A DNA stretch of 64,000 nucleotides from Sphingomonadales bacterium (GCA_965227345.1 OZ245755.1:769084-833083); one strand, 5' to 3'; shown: positions 40,755 through 59,051, counted from the stretch's first letter. Numbers and translations are program-made. Notes: generated from the letters alone by a model not told the origin.

Positions 40755-41588
40755 CTACTTCTTGCGTTCATGACGTGACCGGACAATATACTTGTCGGTC
40801 GCTTTATTTCTGCGCGTACGCTTGCCTTTAGTCGGCTTGCCCCAAGGTGTAACCGGATGACGGCCACCAGAGGTACGACCTTCACCACCACCATGTGGAT
40901 GATCAACCGGGTTCATCGCAACACCGCGAACTGAAGGACGACGACCCAACCAGCGAGAACGGCCGGCCTTGCTCAGATTGATGTTCTGATTATCTGGGTT
41001 GGAAACCGCTCCTACCGTCGCAATGCACTCGGCACGTACAGAGCGTTGCTCGCCAGAAGACAGGCGCAACAACGCATAACCGCGATCCCGACCAACCAGC
41101 TGGGCATATGTCCCGGCTGACCGCGCCATCTGGCCACCCTTACCGGACTTGATCTCCACATTATGGATGATCGTGCCAACAGGCATCGCCGACAATGGCA
41201 TCGCATTACCAGGCTTTACGTCAACCTTGGCACCGGCAATAATTTTGTCGCCGGCAGCAAGACGCTGCGGCGCCAGAATATAAAGCTGTTCGCCATCTGC
41301 ATAATTAATCAGTGCGATAAATGCTGTCCGGTTCGGATCATACTCAAGACGCTCAACAGTGCCCTCAACGTCCCATTTGGTCCGCTTGAAGTCAATCATG
41401 CGATACGTACGCTTGTGCCCACCACCACGACGACGTGCTGTAATGCGACCTGTATTGTTCCGTCCGCCCTTTGAAGACAGACCTTCCGTCAATGACTTGA
41501 CAGGCTTGCCTTTCCAAAGCTCGGAACGGTCTACTATGACCAACCCGCGCTGACCCGGGGTAATCGGATTATATTTCTTAAGCGCCAT
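40755..41588 (-). CDS. rplB: 50S ribosomal protein L2
   Basis: 277 aa with the N-terminus [15 protein letters not shown] and the C-terminal motif HPHGGGEGR. Confidence 0.98.
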   Translation of the reverse strand: MALKKYNPITPGQRGLVIVDRSELWKGKPVKSLTEGLSSKGGRNNTGRITARRRGGGHKRTYRMIDFKRTKWDVEGTVERLEYDPNRTAFIALINYADGEQLYILAPQRLAAGDKIIAGAKVDVKPGNAMPLSAMPVGTIIHNVEIKSGKGGQMARSAGTYAQLVGRDRGYALLRLSSGEQRSVRAECIATVGAVSNPDNQNINLSKAGRSRWLGRRPSVRGVAMNPVDHPHGGGEGRTSGGRHPVTPWGKPTKGKRTRRNKATDKYIVRSRHERKK

Positions 41589-41591
41589 GCG

Positions 41592-41882
41592 TTATACCCC
41601 CGTCGTCACATCAATGGACTGACCTTCAGCTAAAGTCACCATCGCTTTTTTATAATCAGACCGGCGTCCGGGACGACCGCGAAAACGCTTGACCTTCCCT
41701 TTAACCACAATTGTATTTACAGCCGTAACCTTCACATCAAACAGCTTTTCGACAGCTGCCTTGATCTCAGGCTTGGTCGCCTCGATCGACACCCGAAACG
41801 CTACCTGATTATGCTCGGAAATCATGGTCGCTTTTTCGGTAATCACCGGGCTCAATATCACGTCATAATGATTCAGGTTCAT
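41592..41882 (-). CDS. rplW: 50S ribosomal protein L23
   Basis: 96 aa with the uL23 pattern ([12 protein letters not shown]...FRV). It lies between rplD and rplB. Confidence 0.96.
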   Translation of the reverse strand: MNLNHYDVILSPVITEKATMISEHNQVAFRVSIEATKPEIKAAVEKLFDVKVTAVNTIVVKGKVKRFRGRPGRRSDYKKAMVTLAEGQSIDVTTGV

Positions 41883-42499
41883 TTCAACCTCTCCATCAGC
41901 CCGTCGACAGCCGCCTTGGTCAGAACCAGAGTATCGTGCCGCAGAATGTCATAAACGTTGGCGCCCTGCACCGGCAAAATATCAATATGCGGTACGTTCG
42001 CAGCAGCCAGGCGAAAGTTTTGATTTACGCTGGCACCATCAAGGACAAGCGCTGAATGCCATCCCAATTTGGCAAGCTTGCCTGCCAGATCCTTGGTCTT
42101 TGGTGCTTTCAGCGCCACGTCATCAACGACGATCAACTTGCCGGCCGCCTGCTTTGTCGACAATGCAGTCTTTAGCCCGAGCGCGCGAATTTTCTTCGGC
42201 AGACTGAACCCGTGATCCCGAACAACAGGACCAAAGGCCACACCACCACCACGAAACTGGTTCACTTTCCGGTTTCCGTGACGTGCACCGCCAGAGCCTT
42301 TTTGCCGTACGAATTTTTTGGTCGTGCCGCTGACTTCACCCCGATTCAATACGCTATGCGTACCGGCACGACGCTTGGCCAGCTGCCACAAAACGATCCG
42401 CTGCAATATATCAGCCCGTTCCGGCAATCCAAAAACCGCGTCATCAAGATCAATCGATCCTGATTCCTTGGCATCCAATGTAATAACCTTAGCCTTCAT
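41879..42499 (-). CDS. rplD: 50S ribosomal protein L4
   Basis: 206 aa with the uL4 loop [11 protein letters not shown]. Confidence 0.97.
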   Translation of the reverse strand: MKAKVITLDAKESGSIDLDDAVFGLPERADILQRIVLWQLAKRRAGTHSVLNRGEVSGTTKKFVRQKGSGGARHGNRKVNQFRGGGVAFGPVVRDHGFSLPKKIRALGLKTALSTKQAAGKLIVVDDVALKAPKTKDLAGKLAKLGWHSALVLDGASVNQNFRLAAANVPHIDILPVQGANVYDILRHDTLVLTKAAVDGLMERLK

Positions 42500-42502
42500 G
42501 GC

Positions 42503-43273
42503 TTATTCCTTCTCGCCTTCTGCCGTTGGCGCGGCGTCTTCTACTTGTGCTTCAGCGGCGTCATCTTTTGGGGCTTCCTGCGCAACAGCCTCAGCTTCCA
42601 CCTTACGGAGACCCGCTGGCAATGGAGCACCTTCCGGTAACCCTTTCTTGAAGGCATCACTAATCAGAACCCAGCCGTTTTCACTGCCGGGGATAGACCC
42701 CCGCACCAGAATAAGGCCGCGATCCGCATCTGTACTGACAACCTGAAGATTCTGCTGGGTGGCACGAACCGCACCCATATGACCGGCCATCTTTTTCCCC
42801 TTGAACACACGCCCGGGATCCTGACACTGACCAGTTGAACCATGACTACGATGCGATACAGACACACCATGCGTAGCACGAAGACCACTAAAATTATGGC
42901 GCTTCATGGCACCGGCAAAGCCTTTACCAACCGTTGTTCCAATAACGTCAACATACTGTCCGGTGACAAAATGTTCCGTGCTCAACTCGGCACCAACATC
43001 AACCAGCGCGTCATCTGACACGCGGAATTCAACAACCTTGGCGCGAGGCTCAACTTCCGCCTTGGCGAAATGCCCCCGCATGGCCTTGCCAACGCGATTG
43101 GCCTTGGCCGCGCCAACACCCAGTTGCAGCGCAGTGTAACCGTCTTTTTCTTGCGTCCGCTGGGCAACCACATGACATCCGTCCACATGAAGAACGGTCA
43201 CTGGTACGTGAAGCCCTTCAGCACTAAACACACGGGTCATGCCCAACTTTTTCGCAACCAAACCTGTACGCAT
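42503..43273 (-). CDS. rplC: 50S ribosomal protein L3 (with an Ala/Glu-rich C-terminal tail)
   Basis: [16 protein letters not shown] is the uL3 N-terminus. The start was moved to ATG 43273, 4 nt after the rpsJ stop. Confidence 0.96.
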   Translation of the reverse strand: MRTGLVAKKLGMTRVFSAEGLHVPVTVLHVDGCHVVAQRTQEKDGYTALQLGVGAAKANRVGKAMRGHFAKAEVEPRAKVVEFRVSDDALVDVGAELSTEHFVTGQYVDVIGTTVGKGFAGAMKRHNFSGLRATHGVSVSHRSHGSTGQCQDPGRVFKGKKMAGHMGAVRATQQNLQVVSTDADRGLILVRGSIPGSENGWVLISDAFKKGLPEGAPLPAGLRKVEAEAVAQEAPKDDAAEAQVEDAAPTAEGEKE

Positions 43274-43277
43274 TTGA

Positions 43278-43592
43278 TTAACCCTGCAGCTTGATTTCAA
43301 CATCAACACCAGCCGCAAGATCGAGCTTCATCAGCGCGTCCACAGTTTGAGGTGTTGGCTCAACAATATCCAGAAGCCGCTTGTGCGTGCGAACTTCAAA
43401 CTGTTCACGAGACTTCTTGTCAATGTGAGGCGACCGAAGAACCGTAAACTTTTCGATCTTCGTCGGCAACGGAATAGGCCCGCGAATGCTCGCACCCGTG
43501 CGCTTCGCCGTATTGGCGATCTCACTGGTAGCCTGATCCAGGATCCGGTGTTCAAACGCCTTAAGGCGAATACGTATATTTTGAGTTTCCAT
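43278..43592 (-). CDS. rpsJ: 30S ribosomal protein S10
   Basis: It has the uS10 signature [15 protein letters not shown]...[18 protein letters not shown]. Confidence 0.98.
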   Translation of the reverse strand: METQNIRIRLKAFEHRILDQATSEIANTAKRTGASIRGPIPLPTKIEKFTVLRSPHIDKKSREQFEVRTHKRLLDIVEPTPQTVDALMKLDLAAGVDVEIKLQG

Positions 43593-43640
43593 CTTCGTTC
43601 ACCTACGTCTGGCACCCGGCGTCAACCGCCGGGACACCAT

Positions 43641-44840
<1,200 letters not shown>

Positions 44841-44904
44841 ATTTCCAATCCTCTTCGCTTGTCAGCGGCCGCTCAATTGCGGCTAACGTTATTCAAATGA
44901 CCTG

Positions 44905-46983
44905 TCAGGCCAGTTTTGTTTTCAATTCTTCCGCAACGGCACTTGGCACTTCGCCATAATGTTCAAAGTGCATCGTATACTGAGCGCGCCCCTGGCTCAT
45001 GGAACGCAGCTGATTCACATAACCGAACATATTCGCCAACGGCACATGCGCATCAACAACTGATGCATTACCGCGCGTCTCTGTACCGGTAATCTGTCCG
45101 CGACGGCTATTCAGATCGCCAATCACGTCGCCCATAAACTCGTCCGGCGTCACAACTTCAACCCGCATGATCGGCTCAAGCAGCTTGATCCCAGCCTTTG
45201 CCGCAGCTTCACGCATCGCACCGCGACCGGCAATTTCAAAGGCCAGCACGCTGGAATCAACATCATGATACGCGCCGTCAATCAGACGAACCGAGAAGTC
45301 AATCAAAGGAAAGCCAATCAGCACGCCGCTTTGGGCAATCTGGCGAATACCCTTTTCAACACCCGGAATATATTCACGCGGAATGTTACCGCCCTTGATT
45401 TCATCCTTAAACACAACACCCGTACCGCGTTCGCCCGGCGTGACAACCATTTTCACGCGACCAAACTGACCGGAACCACCGCTTTGTTTCTTGTGGGTGT
45501 AATCCACCTCAACTTCGCGGGCAATAGACTCACGATAGGCAACCTGAGGCGCACCAACGTTTGCTTCTACCTTGAATTCGCGCTTCATGCGATCAACCAG
45601 GATCTCGAGATGCAACTCACCCATCCCCTTAATCACAGTCTGACCGCTTTCATTATCGGATGAAACCTGGAAGCTCGGATCTTCCTGCGCCAGACGATTC
45701 AGCGCAATACCCATTTTTTCCTGATCGGCCTTTGACTTCGGCTCAACAGCAACTTCAATAACCGGATCTGGGAATTCCATGCGCTCAAGCACAACAGGCT
45801 TGTTTACGGCGCAAAGCGTGTCACCTGTCGTTGTTTCCTTCAGGCCACACAGCGCAATAATATCGCCGGTGCGTGCTTCCTTCAGATCTTCGCGGCTATT
45901 GGCGTGCATCGCCAGCATACGACCAATTTTCTCGCGCTTGCCCTTAACCGGGTTCAGAACCTGCGTACCTGTCTCCAGCACACCGGAATAAACACGCGCA
46001 AACGTCAACGATCCTACAAACGGATCCGTCATGATCTTAAACGCAAGAGCGGAAAACGGCTCATCATCGCTTGTCTTGCGGCGCATTTCCTTTTCCGGAT
46101 CATCGACATCAACACCGACAATATCCGGCACATCCGTCGGCGCCGGCAGAAAATCAACAACAGCATCAAGCAGCGGCTGAACACCCTTGTTCTTGAACGC
46201 CGTCCCATTCAGCACAGGCACAAACGCATTTTTCAGCGTACCTTTGCGGATACAGCTCTTCAGCGTTTCCTCGTCAATTTCCTCGCCTTCCAGGAACCGC
46301 TCCATCACAGCCTCATCCTGCTCAACAGCAAGATCAACCATGGTCAGGCGCGCCTCCTCGGCAGCTTCTTTCAGATCGGCAGGAATATCAATATATTCAA
46401 ATTCAGCGCCGAGGTTCTCATCTTTCCAGACAACAGCCTTCATCTTCACAAGGTCAATCATGCCCCTGTATTCAGCTTCAGACCCGATGGGCAGCTGCAC
46501 CAGAAGCGCCTTGGCCCCCAGCCGATCACCAATCATGTCAACGCAACGCTCAAAGTTGGCGCCTGTACGATCCATCTTGTTGATGAAACACATCCGCGGC
46601 ACACCATATTTGTCCGCCTGCCGCCAAACAGTTTCCGACTGAGGCTCAACACCTGCCACACTGTCAAACACCGCAACCGCACCATCAAGAACCCGCAACG
46701 AGCGCTCAACTTCAATCGTAAAATCCACGTGACCGGGTGTATCAATAATGTTGATACGATGGTCTTTCCAGTAACAGGTCGTCGCAGCCGAAGTAATTGT
46801 AATACCCCGCTCCTGCTCCTGCTCCATCCAGTCCATTGTTGCGGCGCCATCATGCACCTCACCAATCTTGTGACTGCGCCCCGTATAAAAAAGAATACGT
46901 TCGGTTGTTGTAGTTTTACCCGCATCAATATGAGCCATGATGCCGATATTACGATATTTTTCCAAAGGCGTGGTGCGTGCCAT
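44905..46983 (-). CDS. fusA: Elongation factor G
   Basis: [31 protein letters not shown] is the canonical EF-G N-terminus. The start was moved to ATG 46983, downstream of the rpsG stop at 47000. Confidence 0.98.
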   Translation of the reverse strand: MARTTPLEKYRNIGIMAHIDAGKTTTTERILFYTGRSHKIGEVHDGAATMDWMEQEQERGITITSAATTCYWKDHRINIIDTPGHVDFTIEVERSLRVLDGAVAVFDSVAGVEPQSETVWRQADKYGVPRMCFINKMDRTGANFERCVDMIGDRLGAKALLVQLPIGSEAEYRGMIDLVKMKAVVWKDENLGAEFEYIDIPADLKEAAEEARLTMVDLAVEQDEAVMERFLEGEEIDEETLKSCIRKGTLKNAFVPVLNGTAFKNKGVQPLLDAVVDFLPAPTDVPDIVGVDVDDPEKEMRRKTSDDEPFSALAFKIMTDPFVGSLTFARVYSGVLETGTQVLNPVKGKREKIGRMLAMHANSREDLKEARTGDIIALCGLKETTTGDTLCAVNKPVVLERMEFPDPVIEVAVEPKSKADQEKMGIALNRLAQEDPSFQVSSDNESGQTVIKGMGELHLEILVDRMKREFKVEANVGAPQVAYRESIAREVEVDYTHKKQSGGSGQFGRVKMVVTPGERGTGVVFKDEIKGGNIPREYIPGVEKGIRQIAQSGVLIGFPLIDFSVRLIDGAYHDVDSSVLAFEIAGRGAMREAAAKAGIKLLEPIMRVEVVTPDEFMGDVIGDLNSRRGQITGTETRGNASVVDAHVPLANMFGYVNQLRSMSQGRAQYTMHFEHYGEVPSAVAEELKTKLA

Positions 46984-46999
46984 CTTAAAGCTCCCGGCC

Positions 47000-47473
<474 letters not shown>

Positions 47474-47494
47474 TTATCTTCCCTTCGCCAACCG

Positions 47495-47866
47495 TTACTT
47501 AGGACGCTTGGCGCCATATTTAGACCGAGACTGCCGACGCGAGCTGACACCCTGTGTGTCGAGCGTACCGCGCAGGATATGATAACGGACACCCGGCAAA
47601 TCTTTCACACGACCGCCGCGGATCAGTACAACCGAGTGCTCCTGAAGGTTATGACCTTCACCAGGAATATAACTCGACACTTCGAAACCATTCGTCAACC
47701 GTACGCGCGCCACTTTCCGCAGAGCCGAGTTAGGCTTCTTTGGTGTCGTCGTGTACACACGGGTACAAACGCCGCGCTTCTGTGGACAGCCCTCGAGCGC
47801 AGGCACCTTGTTGCGCGCTACCGGTTTCTGTCTTGGCTTGCGAACCAACTGGTTAATCGTCGGCAT
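47495..47866 (-). CDS. rpsL: 30S ribosomal protein S12
   Basis: It reads [14 protein letters not shown]...[16 protein letters not shown]. Confidence 0.98.
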   Translation of the reverse strand: MPTINQLVRKPRQKPVARNKVPALEGCPQKRGVCTRVYTTTPKKPNSALRKVARVRLTNGFEVSSYIPGEGHNLQEHSVVLIRGGRVKDLPGVRYHILRGTLDTQGVSSRRQSRSKYGAKRPK

Positions 47867-48085
47867 TCATTCAGATCCTTGGTCTGTTTAACAATAATAT
47901 TCCCGCCATCTCAGCCATGCGATGTACGTAAAACTTAAACGTACAAACAAGCAGGACAGCACCCTTTCGGGGCTATCACTGCAAACTGATCGGCGACTAA
48001 ACGCTCAAATTTTATCTTCGTATTTCTGCGGGCCCAGCGTTTAGCCTGTAAAAAAGGCTACCACCTGTCCCTAGAAAGTGAGCGC

Positions 48086-48114
48086 ATACTAGTGACGCCC
48101 CTCTGCGCAGTCAA
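48086..48114 (-). promoter_or_regulatory. Sigma70-type promoter candidate for the str operon (rpsL)
   Basis: The minus strand reads TTGACT (48114-48109), a 17-nt spacer, then TAGTAT (48091-48086). This implies a ~210-nt leader before the rpsL ATG. Confidence 0.5.
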
Positions 48115-48149
48115 GCCCAAATTCAAACAAGATTTTCAACAGGCTCCGA

Positions 48150-48194
48150 TTAAATGAAAATGGCCGAATTCGGGCATAAACCTCGAATTCGACC
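48150..48194 (-). terminator. Rho-independent terminator after rpoC
   Basis: The minus strand reads GGTCGAATTCGAGG-TTTATG-CCCGAATTCGGCC followed by ATTTTCATTT. It lies 73 nt after the rpoC stop. Confidence 0.6.
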
Positions 48195-48267
48195 ATCATA
48201 ATCAGAATGAATTCACCAAACGAGCCGGCATATCAGTTGCCGACCACGTTTCGGGCACCCCGTTTGG

Positions 48268-52545
<4,278 letters not shown>

Positions 52546-52561
52546 TCAGGCGGCCACAAAC

Positions 52562-55500
52562 CTATTCATCACTGCTGTCATGCAGCTCAACATTAAGGCC
52601 AAGCGAGCGCATTTCCTTGACCAACACGTTAAACGATTCCGGAATTCCAGCCTCAAAGGTATCGTCACCACGAACAATGGCTTCATAGACCTTGGTACGA
52701 CCTGCAACGTCATCCGACTTCACCGTCAACATTTCCTGCAGGGTATAGGCAGCACCATAAGCCTGCAATGCCCAAACCTCCATTTCACCAAACCTCTGGC
52801 CACCAAACTGGGCTTTACCACCCAGCGGCTGCTGGGTCACCAGACTGTATGGCCCAATCGAACGGGCGTGGATCTTGTCATCGACCAGATGGTGCAGCTT
52901 GAGCATATAGATATAGCCCACTGTCACTTTCCGATCGAATTTGTCCCCGGTCCGGCCATCGTAAAGATCGACCTGCCCTGATCCGTCGAGACCCGCCATT
53001 TCCAGCATTCTCACCACATCAGGTTCGTGCGCACCATCAAATACCGGCGTTGCCATTGGCACACCATTTGTCAGGTTACCGGCCAGTTCAAGCGTCTCAG
53101 GCACACCAAGATCGTCGATTACCCCTTCATACTGCTCCTTGTTATAAATAACCTTGAAGCGTTCTTTCAGGCTGACGGCCTTGGCACTGTCGTCTTCAAC
53201 TTTTTCAAGCATCGACTTGATCTGAACGCCCAGACCACGCGATGCCCACCCCAGATGGGTTTCAAGAATCTGCCCGACGTTCATACGAGATGGCACACCC
53301 AGCGGATTAAGAACGATATCAACCGGCGTCCCGTCATCCAGATATGGCATGTCTTCCAGCGGCATAATACGAGAGATCACACCCTTGTTTCCGTGACGAC
53401 CGGCCATTTTATCGCCGGGCTGCAACTTGCGTTTCACGGCAACAAAGACCTTGACCATCTTCAGAACACCCGGCGGCAATTCGTCCCCACGCTGAAGTTT
53501 TTCGATCTTTTCTTCAAACCGGGCCCGAAGCGCTGCCTTGGAGGCGTCGAACTGCTTGTTAAGCGCCTCAATATCCGAGGTTACGCTCTCGTCGTCGACA
53601 GCAATCTGCCACCATTGACCATGGCTCAGATTCTCCAGCATCGCTTCCGTAACCGACTCACCCTTGGTCACGCCAACCGGCCCGGAAAGTACCGGACGGC
53701 CCATGATCAACGGCTTCAACCGACTGTAGATGCTCCGCTCAAGAATATTCTGCTCATCCTCGCGATCCTTCGACAGGCGTTCAATTTCCTCACGTTCGAT
53801 CGCAATCGCACGCTCGTCCTTGTCAACACCATGACGGTTAAAAACGCGCACCTCGACAATCGTACCCGCAACACCCGGCGGCAGGCGCATGGATGTATCA
53901 CGGACGTCAGAGGCTTTTTCACCAAAGATCGCCCGCAGCAGCTTTTCTTCCGGTGTCATCGGGCTCTCGCCCTTTGGCGTGATCTTGCCCACCAGAATAT
54001 CGCCCGGATTCACCTCGGCACCAATGTAAACAATGCCGGCCTCATCCAGATTTCTCAGGCCTTCTTCGCCGACGTTCGGAATATCACGTGTGATTTCTTC
54101 CGGCCCCAGCTTCGTATCACGGGCCATGACTTCAAACTCCTCAATATGAATTGAGGTAAAGACGTCATCACGAACAATACGTTCAGAGATCAGGATCGAA
54201 TCTTCAAAGTTGTACCCGTTCCAGGGCATAAAGGCGACAAGCACATTCCGACCCAGGGCAAGCTCGCCCATGTCCGTTGACGGCCCGTCGGCAATAATAT
54301 CACCCTTGTGGATTTCATCACCAACCCGCACAAGCGGACGCTGATTAATACAGGTGTTCTGGTTTGAACGCTGGAACTTCAGCAGGGTATAGATATCAAC
54401 ACCGGATGATCCGGGATCAACGTCTTCTGTCGCCCGAATAACAATACGTGTGGCATCTATCTGATCCACAACACCGGTGCGGCGAGCAACAATAGCTGCG
54501 CCGGAATCACGGGCAACAACCTCTTCCATGCCAGTCCCGACATAAGGCGCTTCAGCCCTGATCAGTGGCACAGCCTGACGCTGCATGTTTGACCCCATAA
54601 GGGCACGGTTCGCATCATCGTTTTCCAGGAATGGAATAAGAGACGCAGCAACAGACACCAGCTGCTTCGGGGACACATCCATATATTGAATGCTGGACGG
54701 GGCCACCATGTGGAAATCGCCATTAATGCGGCAACTCACCAGATCAGCCGTAAAGGTATTCTTGTCGTCCAGATCGGAGTTGGCCTGGGCAATCGTGTAT
54801 TTGCCTTCCTCCATCGCGGACAAATAATCAACTTCATCCGTCACGTGACCGTCAAATACCTTCCGGTAAGGCGCTTCAATAAACCCGTACTTGTTGATGC
54901 GGGCAAATGTCGCCAGCGAGTTGATCAGGCCGATATTCGGACCTTCCGGTGTTTCAATCGGGCAAATACGACCATAATGAGTGGTGTGAACGTCACGCAC
55001 TTCAAAACCGGCACGTTCACGTGTCAAACCACCTGGCCCCAACGCAGAAAGACGGCGCTTGTGCGTGATTTCCGACAGGGGATTGGTCTGATCCATGAAC
55101 TGGCTGAGCTGCGAAGACCCGAAAAACTCGCGAACGGCAGCCGCCGCAGGCTTGGCGTTGATCAGGTCATGGGGCATGACTGTATCAATATCAACAGAGC
55201 TCATCCGTTCACGAATAGCACGTTCCATACGCAACAAGCCGATCCGGTACTGATTTTCCATCAACTCGCCGACCGAACGTACGCGCCGGTTGCCCAGGTG
55301 ATCAATATCATCAATATCACCACGACCATCTTTCAGGTCGAGCAATGTTTTCAGAACGGCAAGAACATCTTCCTTGCGCAGAACACGCACGGTATCTTCC
55401 GCATCCAGCCCAAGACGCATATTCATCTTGACCCGGCCGACAGCCGAAAGATCATAGCGTTCTGAATCAAAGAACAAGCCGTCAAACAAAGCTTCAGCTG

Positions 55501-56662
55501 TTTCCTTGGTTGGCGGCTCACCCGGACGCATGACCCGATAAATCTCGGCCAGAGCGTGCTCGTAATCGCTGACCTTGTCACCAACCATTGTGTTCCGCAT
55601 ATAGGAACCAATATTGACGTGATCAATATCCAGCACCGCCATATTGGCAATGCCCGAGGTCTCGAATATCTCGAGATGCTCTTCCGAAATCTCGTCACCC
55701 GCCTCAATATAAATTTCGCCGGTTTTCTCGTTAATGACGTCTTCAGCAGCATAGCGACTGAGAATTTCCTCATTCGGCACCAGCAGCTCTTCAAGACCTT
55801 CATTCTGGAGCTTTTTGGCCAGACGTGGTGTCACCTTGGTGCCGGCTTCAACCACAACCTCGCCATTGCCGGCATTGATCAGATCGAACTCGGGTTTAAT
55901 GCCTCTCCAGCGTTCCGGCTCAAACTTGATGCGCCAACCCTGCTTGTCACGGACATAATTCAGGCGATTGTAGAAATAATCCATCATCTCCTCGCCTGAC
56001 ATGCCCAGGGCATACAGGAAAGTGGAAACCGGCATTTTCCGACGGCGATCTATGCGCACATGGACAATGTCCTTGGCGTCAAATTCAAAATCAAGCCACG
56101 AACCACGATAGGGAATAACACGCGCTGCAAACAGAAACTTGCCCGAAGAATGTGTTTTTCCGCGATCATGATCGAAGAACACACCCGGAGACCGGTGCAT
56201 CTGACTGACGATAACACGCTCAGTTCCGTTGATGACAAAAGTACCATTGCTGGTCATGAGCGGCAGATCGCCCATGTACACATCCTGTTCCTTGATATCA
56301 AGGACGGAGCGTGCTTCTGTTTCTTCATCAACTTCAAAAACAATCAGCCGCAAGGTCACGCGCAAAGGCGCGGCATATGTCATGTCCCGCTGCTGACATT
56401 CCTCGACATCATATTTCGGAGCTTCAAGTTCGTAACGAACGAACTCCAGTGACGATGTATTCGAGAAATCCTGAATGGGAAACACTGATTTGAAAACGCC
56501 CTGAAGACCATCATTCGTGCGCTGGTCGCTGGTTGCATCCACCTGCAGGAATTGATCATAGGAGCTTTTTTGGACTTCGATCAGATTGGGCATTTCTGCC
56601 ACTTCAGTGATATGTCCAAAGTTCTTGCGAACCCGTTTCCGACCAGTAAAGGAACTTGCCAT
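52562..56662 (-). CDS. rpoB: DNA-directed RNA polymerase subunit beta
   Basis: About 1366 aa. The N-terminus [12 protein letters not shown] and conserved blocks run throughout. The start was moved to ATG 56662 ([10 protein letters not shown]). Confidence 0.98.
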   Translation of the reverse strand: MASSFTGRKRVRKNFGHITEVAEMPNLIEVQKSSYDQFLQVDATSDQRTNDGLQGVFKSVFPIQDFSNTSSLEFVRYELEAPKYDVEECQQRDMTYAAPLRVTLRLIVFEVDEETEARSVLDIKEQDVYMGDLPLMTSNGTFVINGTERVIVSQMHRSPGVFFDHDRGKTHSSGKFLFAARVIPYRGSWLDFEFDAKDIVHVRIDRRRKMPVSTFLYALGMSGEEMMDYFYNRLNYVRDKQGWRIKFEPERWRGIKPEFDLINAGNGEVVVEAGTKVTPRLAKKLQNEGLEELLVPNEEILSRYAAEDVINEKTGEIYIEAGDEISEEHLEIFETSGIANMAVLDIDHVNIGSYMRNTMVGDKVSDYEHALAEIYRVMRPGEPPTKETAEALFDGLFFDSERYDLSAVGRVKMNMRLGLDAEDTVRVLRKEDVLAVLKTLLDLKDGRGDIDDIDHLGNRRVRSVGELMENQYRIGLLRMERAIRERMSSVDIDTVMPHDLINAKPAAAAVREFFGSSQLSQFMDQTNPLSEITHKRRLSALGPGGLTRERAGFEVRDVHTTHYGRICPIETPEGPNIGLINSLATFARINKYGFIEAPYRKVFDGHVTDEVDYLSAMEEGKYTIAQANSDLDDKNTFTADLVSCRINGDFHMVAPSSIQYMDVSPKQLVSVAASLIPFLENDDANRALMGSNMQRQAVPLIRAEAPYVGTGMEEVVARDSGAAIVARRTGVVDQIDATRIVIRATEDVDPGSSGVDIYTLLKFQRSNQNTCINQRPLVRVGDEIHKGDIIADGPSTDMGELALGRNVLVAFMPWNGYNFEDSILISERIVRDDVFTSIHIEEFEVMARDTKLGPEEITRDIPNVGEEGLRNLDEAGIVYIGAEVNPGDILVGKITPKGESPMTPEEKLLRAIFGEKASDVRDTSMRLPPGVAGTIVEVRVFNRHGVDKDERAIAIEREEIERLSKDREDEQNILERSIYSRLKPLIMGRPVLSGPVGVTKGESVTEAMLENLSHGQWWQIAVDDESVTSDIEALNKQFDASKAALRARFEEKIEKLQRGDELPPGVLKMVKVFVAVKRKLQPGDKMAGRHGNKGVISRIMPLEDMPYLDDGTPVDIVLNPLGVPSRMNVGQILETHLGWASRGLGVQIKSMLEKVEDDSAKAVSLKERFKVIYNKEQYEGVIDDLGVPETLELAGNLTNGVPMATPVFDGAHEPDVVRMLEMAGLDGSGQVDLYDGRTGDKFDRKVTVGYIYMLKLHHLVDDKIHARSIGPYSLVTQQPLGGKAQFGGQRFGEMEVWALQAYGAAYTLQEMLTVKSDDVAGRTKVYEAIVRGDDTFEAGIPESFNVLVKEMRSLGLNVELHDSSDE

Positions 56663-56829
56663 ACCTTGCCTCATGTAAGCCATGTCGTTGTCAACTGCCC
56701 CGCGCACCCGTAATGGTTACCGGAACCCAAATGAACAGACGCTCTTCGACAACGAAGAATAAGAGTCTGCTTTCGTCCACTTAAGAGCCCTCGGCAAGCC
56801 CTGCCAGAACCCCTTCTTCTGACGCGTCA

Positions 56830-56858
56830 GGCATCTGCCCCAATACAGGGCAGATGCC
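56830..56858 (-). promoter_or_regulatory. Perfect 11-bp stem-loop in the rplL-rpoB spacer (candidate attenuator / processing site)
   Basis: The sequence is ggcatctgccc-caataca-gggcagatgcc with no U-tract. It sits 88 nt after the rplL stop and ~170 nt before the rpoB ATG. Confidence 0.45.
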
Positions 56859-56945
56859 TTCGGTACACGTCAACCGGGAAAAACCGAATTCATCTCTGGC
56901 ATAATCATATCGCCAGGGAACCCGCCGGCATTCCCGAGAGCAATA

Positions 56946-57323
56946 TTACTTAACCTCGACGGTCGCGCCAGCGCTCTCAAGTTGAGCCTTGATCTTATCG
57001 GCTTCGTCCTTGTTAACACCTTCCTTAACCGCTTTCGGTGCAGCTTCCACCAGATCCTTGGCTTCTTTCAGGCCAAGACCGGTTATCGCACGCACTTCTT
57101 TAATCACGTTGATTTTCTTTTCACCAATGGTAGCCAGAACAACGTCAAACTCGGTCTTTTCTTCTGCAGCAGCAACATCGCCACCAGCAGCACCGGCAGC
57201 CGCAACAGCTACAGGAGCAGCAGCAGACACGCCCCACTTTTCTTCAAGCAATTTTGAAAGCTCAGCAGCTTCCATAACTGTCAAGGCAGACAGTTCTTCA
57301 ACAATTTTATCAAGATCAGCCAT
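56946..57323 (-). CDS. rplL: 50S ribosomal protein L7/L12
   Basis: 125 aa with an Ala-rich hinge and a C-terminal domain ending GATVEVK. Confidence 0.98.
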   Translation of the reverse strand: MADLDKIVEELSALTVMEAAELSKLLEEKWGVSAAAPVAVAAAGAAGGDVAAAEEKTEFDVVLATIGEKKINVIKEVRAITGLGLKEAKDLVEAAPKAVKEGVNKDEADKIKAQLESAGATVEVK

Positions 57324-57365
57324 TTGTTTAGTCCTTGAAATTTAATAATAACCAGAAAATTAAGA

Positions 57366-57884
57366 TCAGGCTGCCTCGCCTTTTGCGGCGTAAGCACCAA
57401 TTACCCTTGCAATCTGAGCAGCAGGCGCCTGTGTCACGCCAGCAATGCGTGTCGCAGGAGTCTGGACCATACCCACCAGCTTCGCACGCAGCTCATCGAG
57501 CGACGGCAACGAAGCCAAGGCCTTGACGCCATTTTCGTCAAGCGTGGTTCCACCCATGACGCCACCAATAACAATCAACTTGTCATTAGCTTTGGCAAAG
57601 GCTGTCAGAACCTTGGGGGCAGCAACCGGATCATTGGAAAAACCAATGGCGGTTGGACCAGTTAACAGTTCAGATATAGGGGCACAATCGGTGCCTTCCA
57701 GCGCAAGACGGGTCACCCTGTTCTTGACGACTTTGAACTCGGCACCCACTTCCCGCATTTTATTGCGCAGGTCGTTCATTTCCGCCACCGTCAGACCGGA
57801 GTAGTGCGTTACTACAACAACTGATGTGGAGGAAAAAACGTCCCGAAAGTGAGTGACTAGCTCTTCTTTCTGGGCTCTTTCCAT
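57366..57884 (-). CDS. rplJ: 50S ribosomal protein L10
   Basis: It has the uL10 pattern [17 protein letters not shown]...[18 protein letters not shown]. The start was moved to ATG 57884. Confidence 0.95.
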   Translation of the reverse strand: MERAQKEELVTHFRDVFSSTSVVVVTHYSGLTVAEMNDLRNKMREVGAEFKVVKNRVTRLALEGTDCAPISELLTGPTAIGFSNDPVAAPKVLTAFAKANDKLIVIGGVMGGTTLDENGVKALASLPSLDELRAKLVGMVQTPATRIAGVTQAPAAQIARVIGAYAAKGEAA

Positions 57885-58347
57885 TCTCGTCTCCGAAATA
57901 ACCACGGATCGGGCATCGCCGTCTCCGTATTGGTTGAGCCTTGGCATAGCAAACGATACCATGCCTGGTTAAAACACCTGCCCGGGTGGTTCCGCCGCCG
58001 CGCCCCAATTAGAACACGATGACATTCCCCCGTTTCTGGCATTCAAAAAAGCCTTGAATGCCCGGAAACCGCAATCAGGCCCTCTGGTTTCCCAGTGAAG
58101 ACCAGGTCTTGCGCCCTCGTCTATTGCAGGCAGAAAACAAACCCCTTTACTGTCGAGGCCGGCTTCCGTGATATTACGCCCTCACCACAATTGCGGATCA
58201 GACACCTGCAGTCTTGGACAGGTTGAAACAGGAAGTACTCATACAAAATCTTCCTGCCTCAGTTTCCGCAGGTCTGTCCTTGGCCGGCATAACCGGTTCG
58301 GCGTCCAAGACCCAACGGAATCTCAAATCTGCAAAGCATTACCAGAG
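57885..58347 (-). promoter_or_regulatory. Long structured rplA-rplJ spacer: presumed L10 promoter plus autoregulatory leader
   Basis: This 463-nt non-coding gap contains several strong hairpins, for example ggcattcaa/ttgaatgcc at 58038-58062. The role is inferred from the known L10(L12)4 leader control of rplJL. Confidence 0.5.
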
Positions 58348-59046
58348 CTAGGCCCCGGCAACACTCGACAGATCCACTTTCAGCCCTGGCCCCATTGTTG
58401 AGGTCACGGCCAATTTCTTCAAATACGTACCCTTGGCACCGGTTGGCTTGGCCTTGATGACCGCATCCACCAGCGCCTTGACGTTTTCAATGATGGCTTT
58501 TTCATCAAAGCTCATCTTGCCAACGCCCGCATGAATGATACCCGCCTTTTCGACGCGAAACTCAACCTGGCCGCCCTTGGCCGCCTTGATTGCAGCTTCA
58601 ACATCAGGCGTCACCGTGCCAAGCTTCGGGTTTGGCATCAGGCCGCGCGGCCCCAGCACTTTACCCAAGCGACCAACAACCGCCATCATATCCGGCGTTG
58701 CAATACAACGGTCAAACCCGGTTTCACCCTTCTGAATAGCTTCTGCCAGATCTTCCGCACCAACAAGTTCTGCACCCGCTTTTTTAGCAGCCTCTGCCTT
58801 GTCTCCACGGGCAAACACAGCGACACGAACTGTCTTGCCGGTACCATTCGGCAACTGTACGACGCCGCGTACCATCTGATCCGCATGACGGGGATCCACA
58901 TTGAGATTAAGAGCAACCTCGACAGTTTCATCAAACTTCGGCGCTGCATTACTTTTCAGAAAAGCAACAGCTTCAGCAATTTCAAACACACGCTTTGGGT
59001 CGAGGTTTTCACGAACCGAGCGCAGACGCTTACCAATCTTCGCCAT
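58348..59046 (-). CDS. rplA: 50S ribosomal protein L1
   Basis: 232 aa with the uL1 pattern ([24 protein letters not shown]). Confidence 0.98.
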   Translation of the reverse strand: MAKIGKRLRSVRENLDPKRVFEIAEAVAFLKSNAAPKFDETVEVALNLNVDPRHADQMVRGVVQLPNGTGKTVRVAVFARGDKAEAAKKAGAELVGAEDLAEAIQKGETGFDRCIATPDMMAVVGRLGKVLGPRGLMPNPKLGTVTPDVEAAIKAAKGGQVEFRVEKAGIIHAGVGKMSFDEKAIIENVKALVDAVIKAKPTGAKGTYLKKLAVTSTMGPGLKVDLSSVAGA

Positions 59047-59051
59047 ATCCC

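Noticed and set aside
57760-58401. Short ORFs (60-82 aa) inside the rplA-rplJ spacer
   Set aside because: They overlap one another in different frames and on both strands. They are Arg/Gly/Cys-rich and lie in a region expected to be a structured leader RNA.
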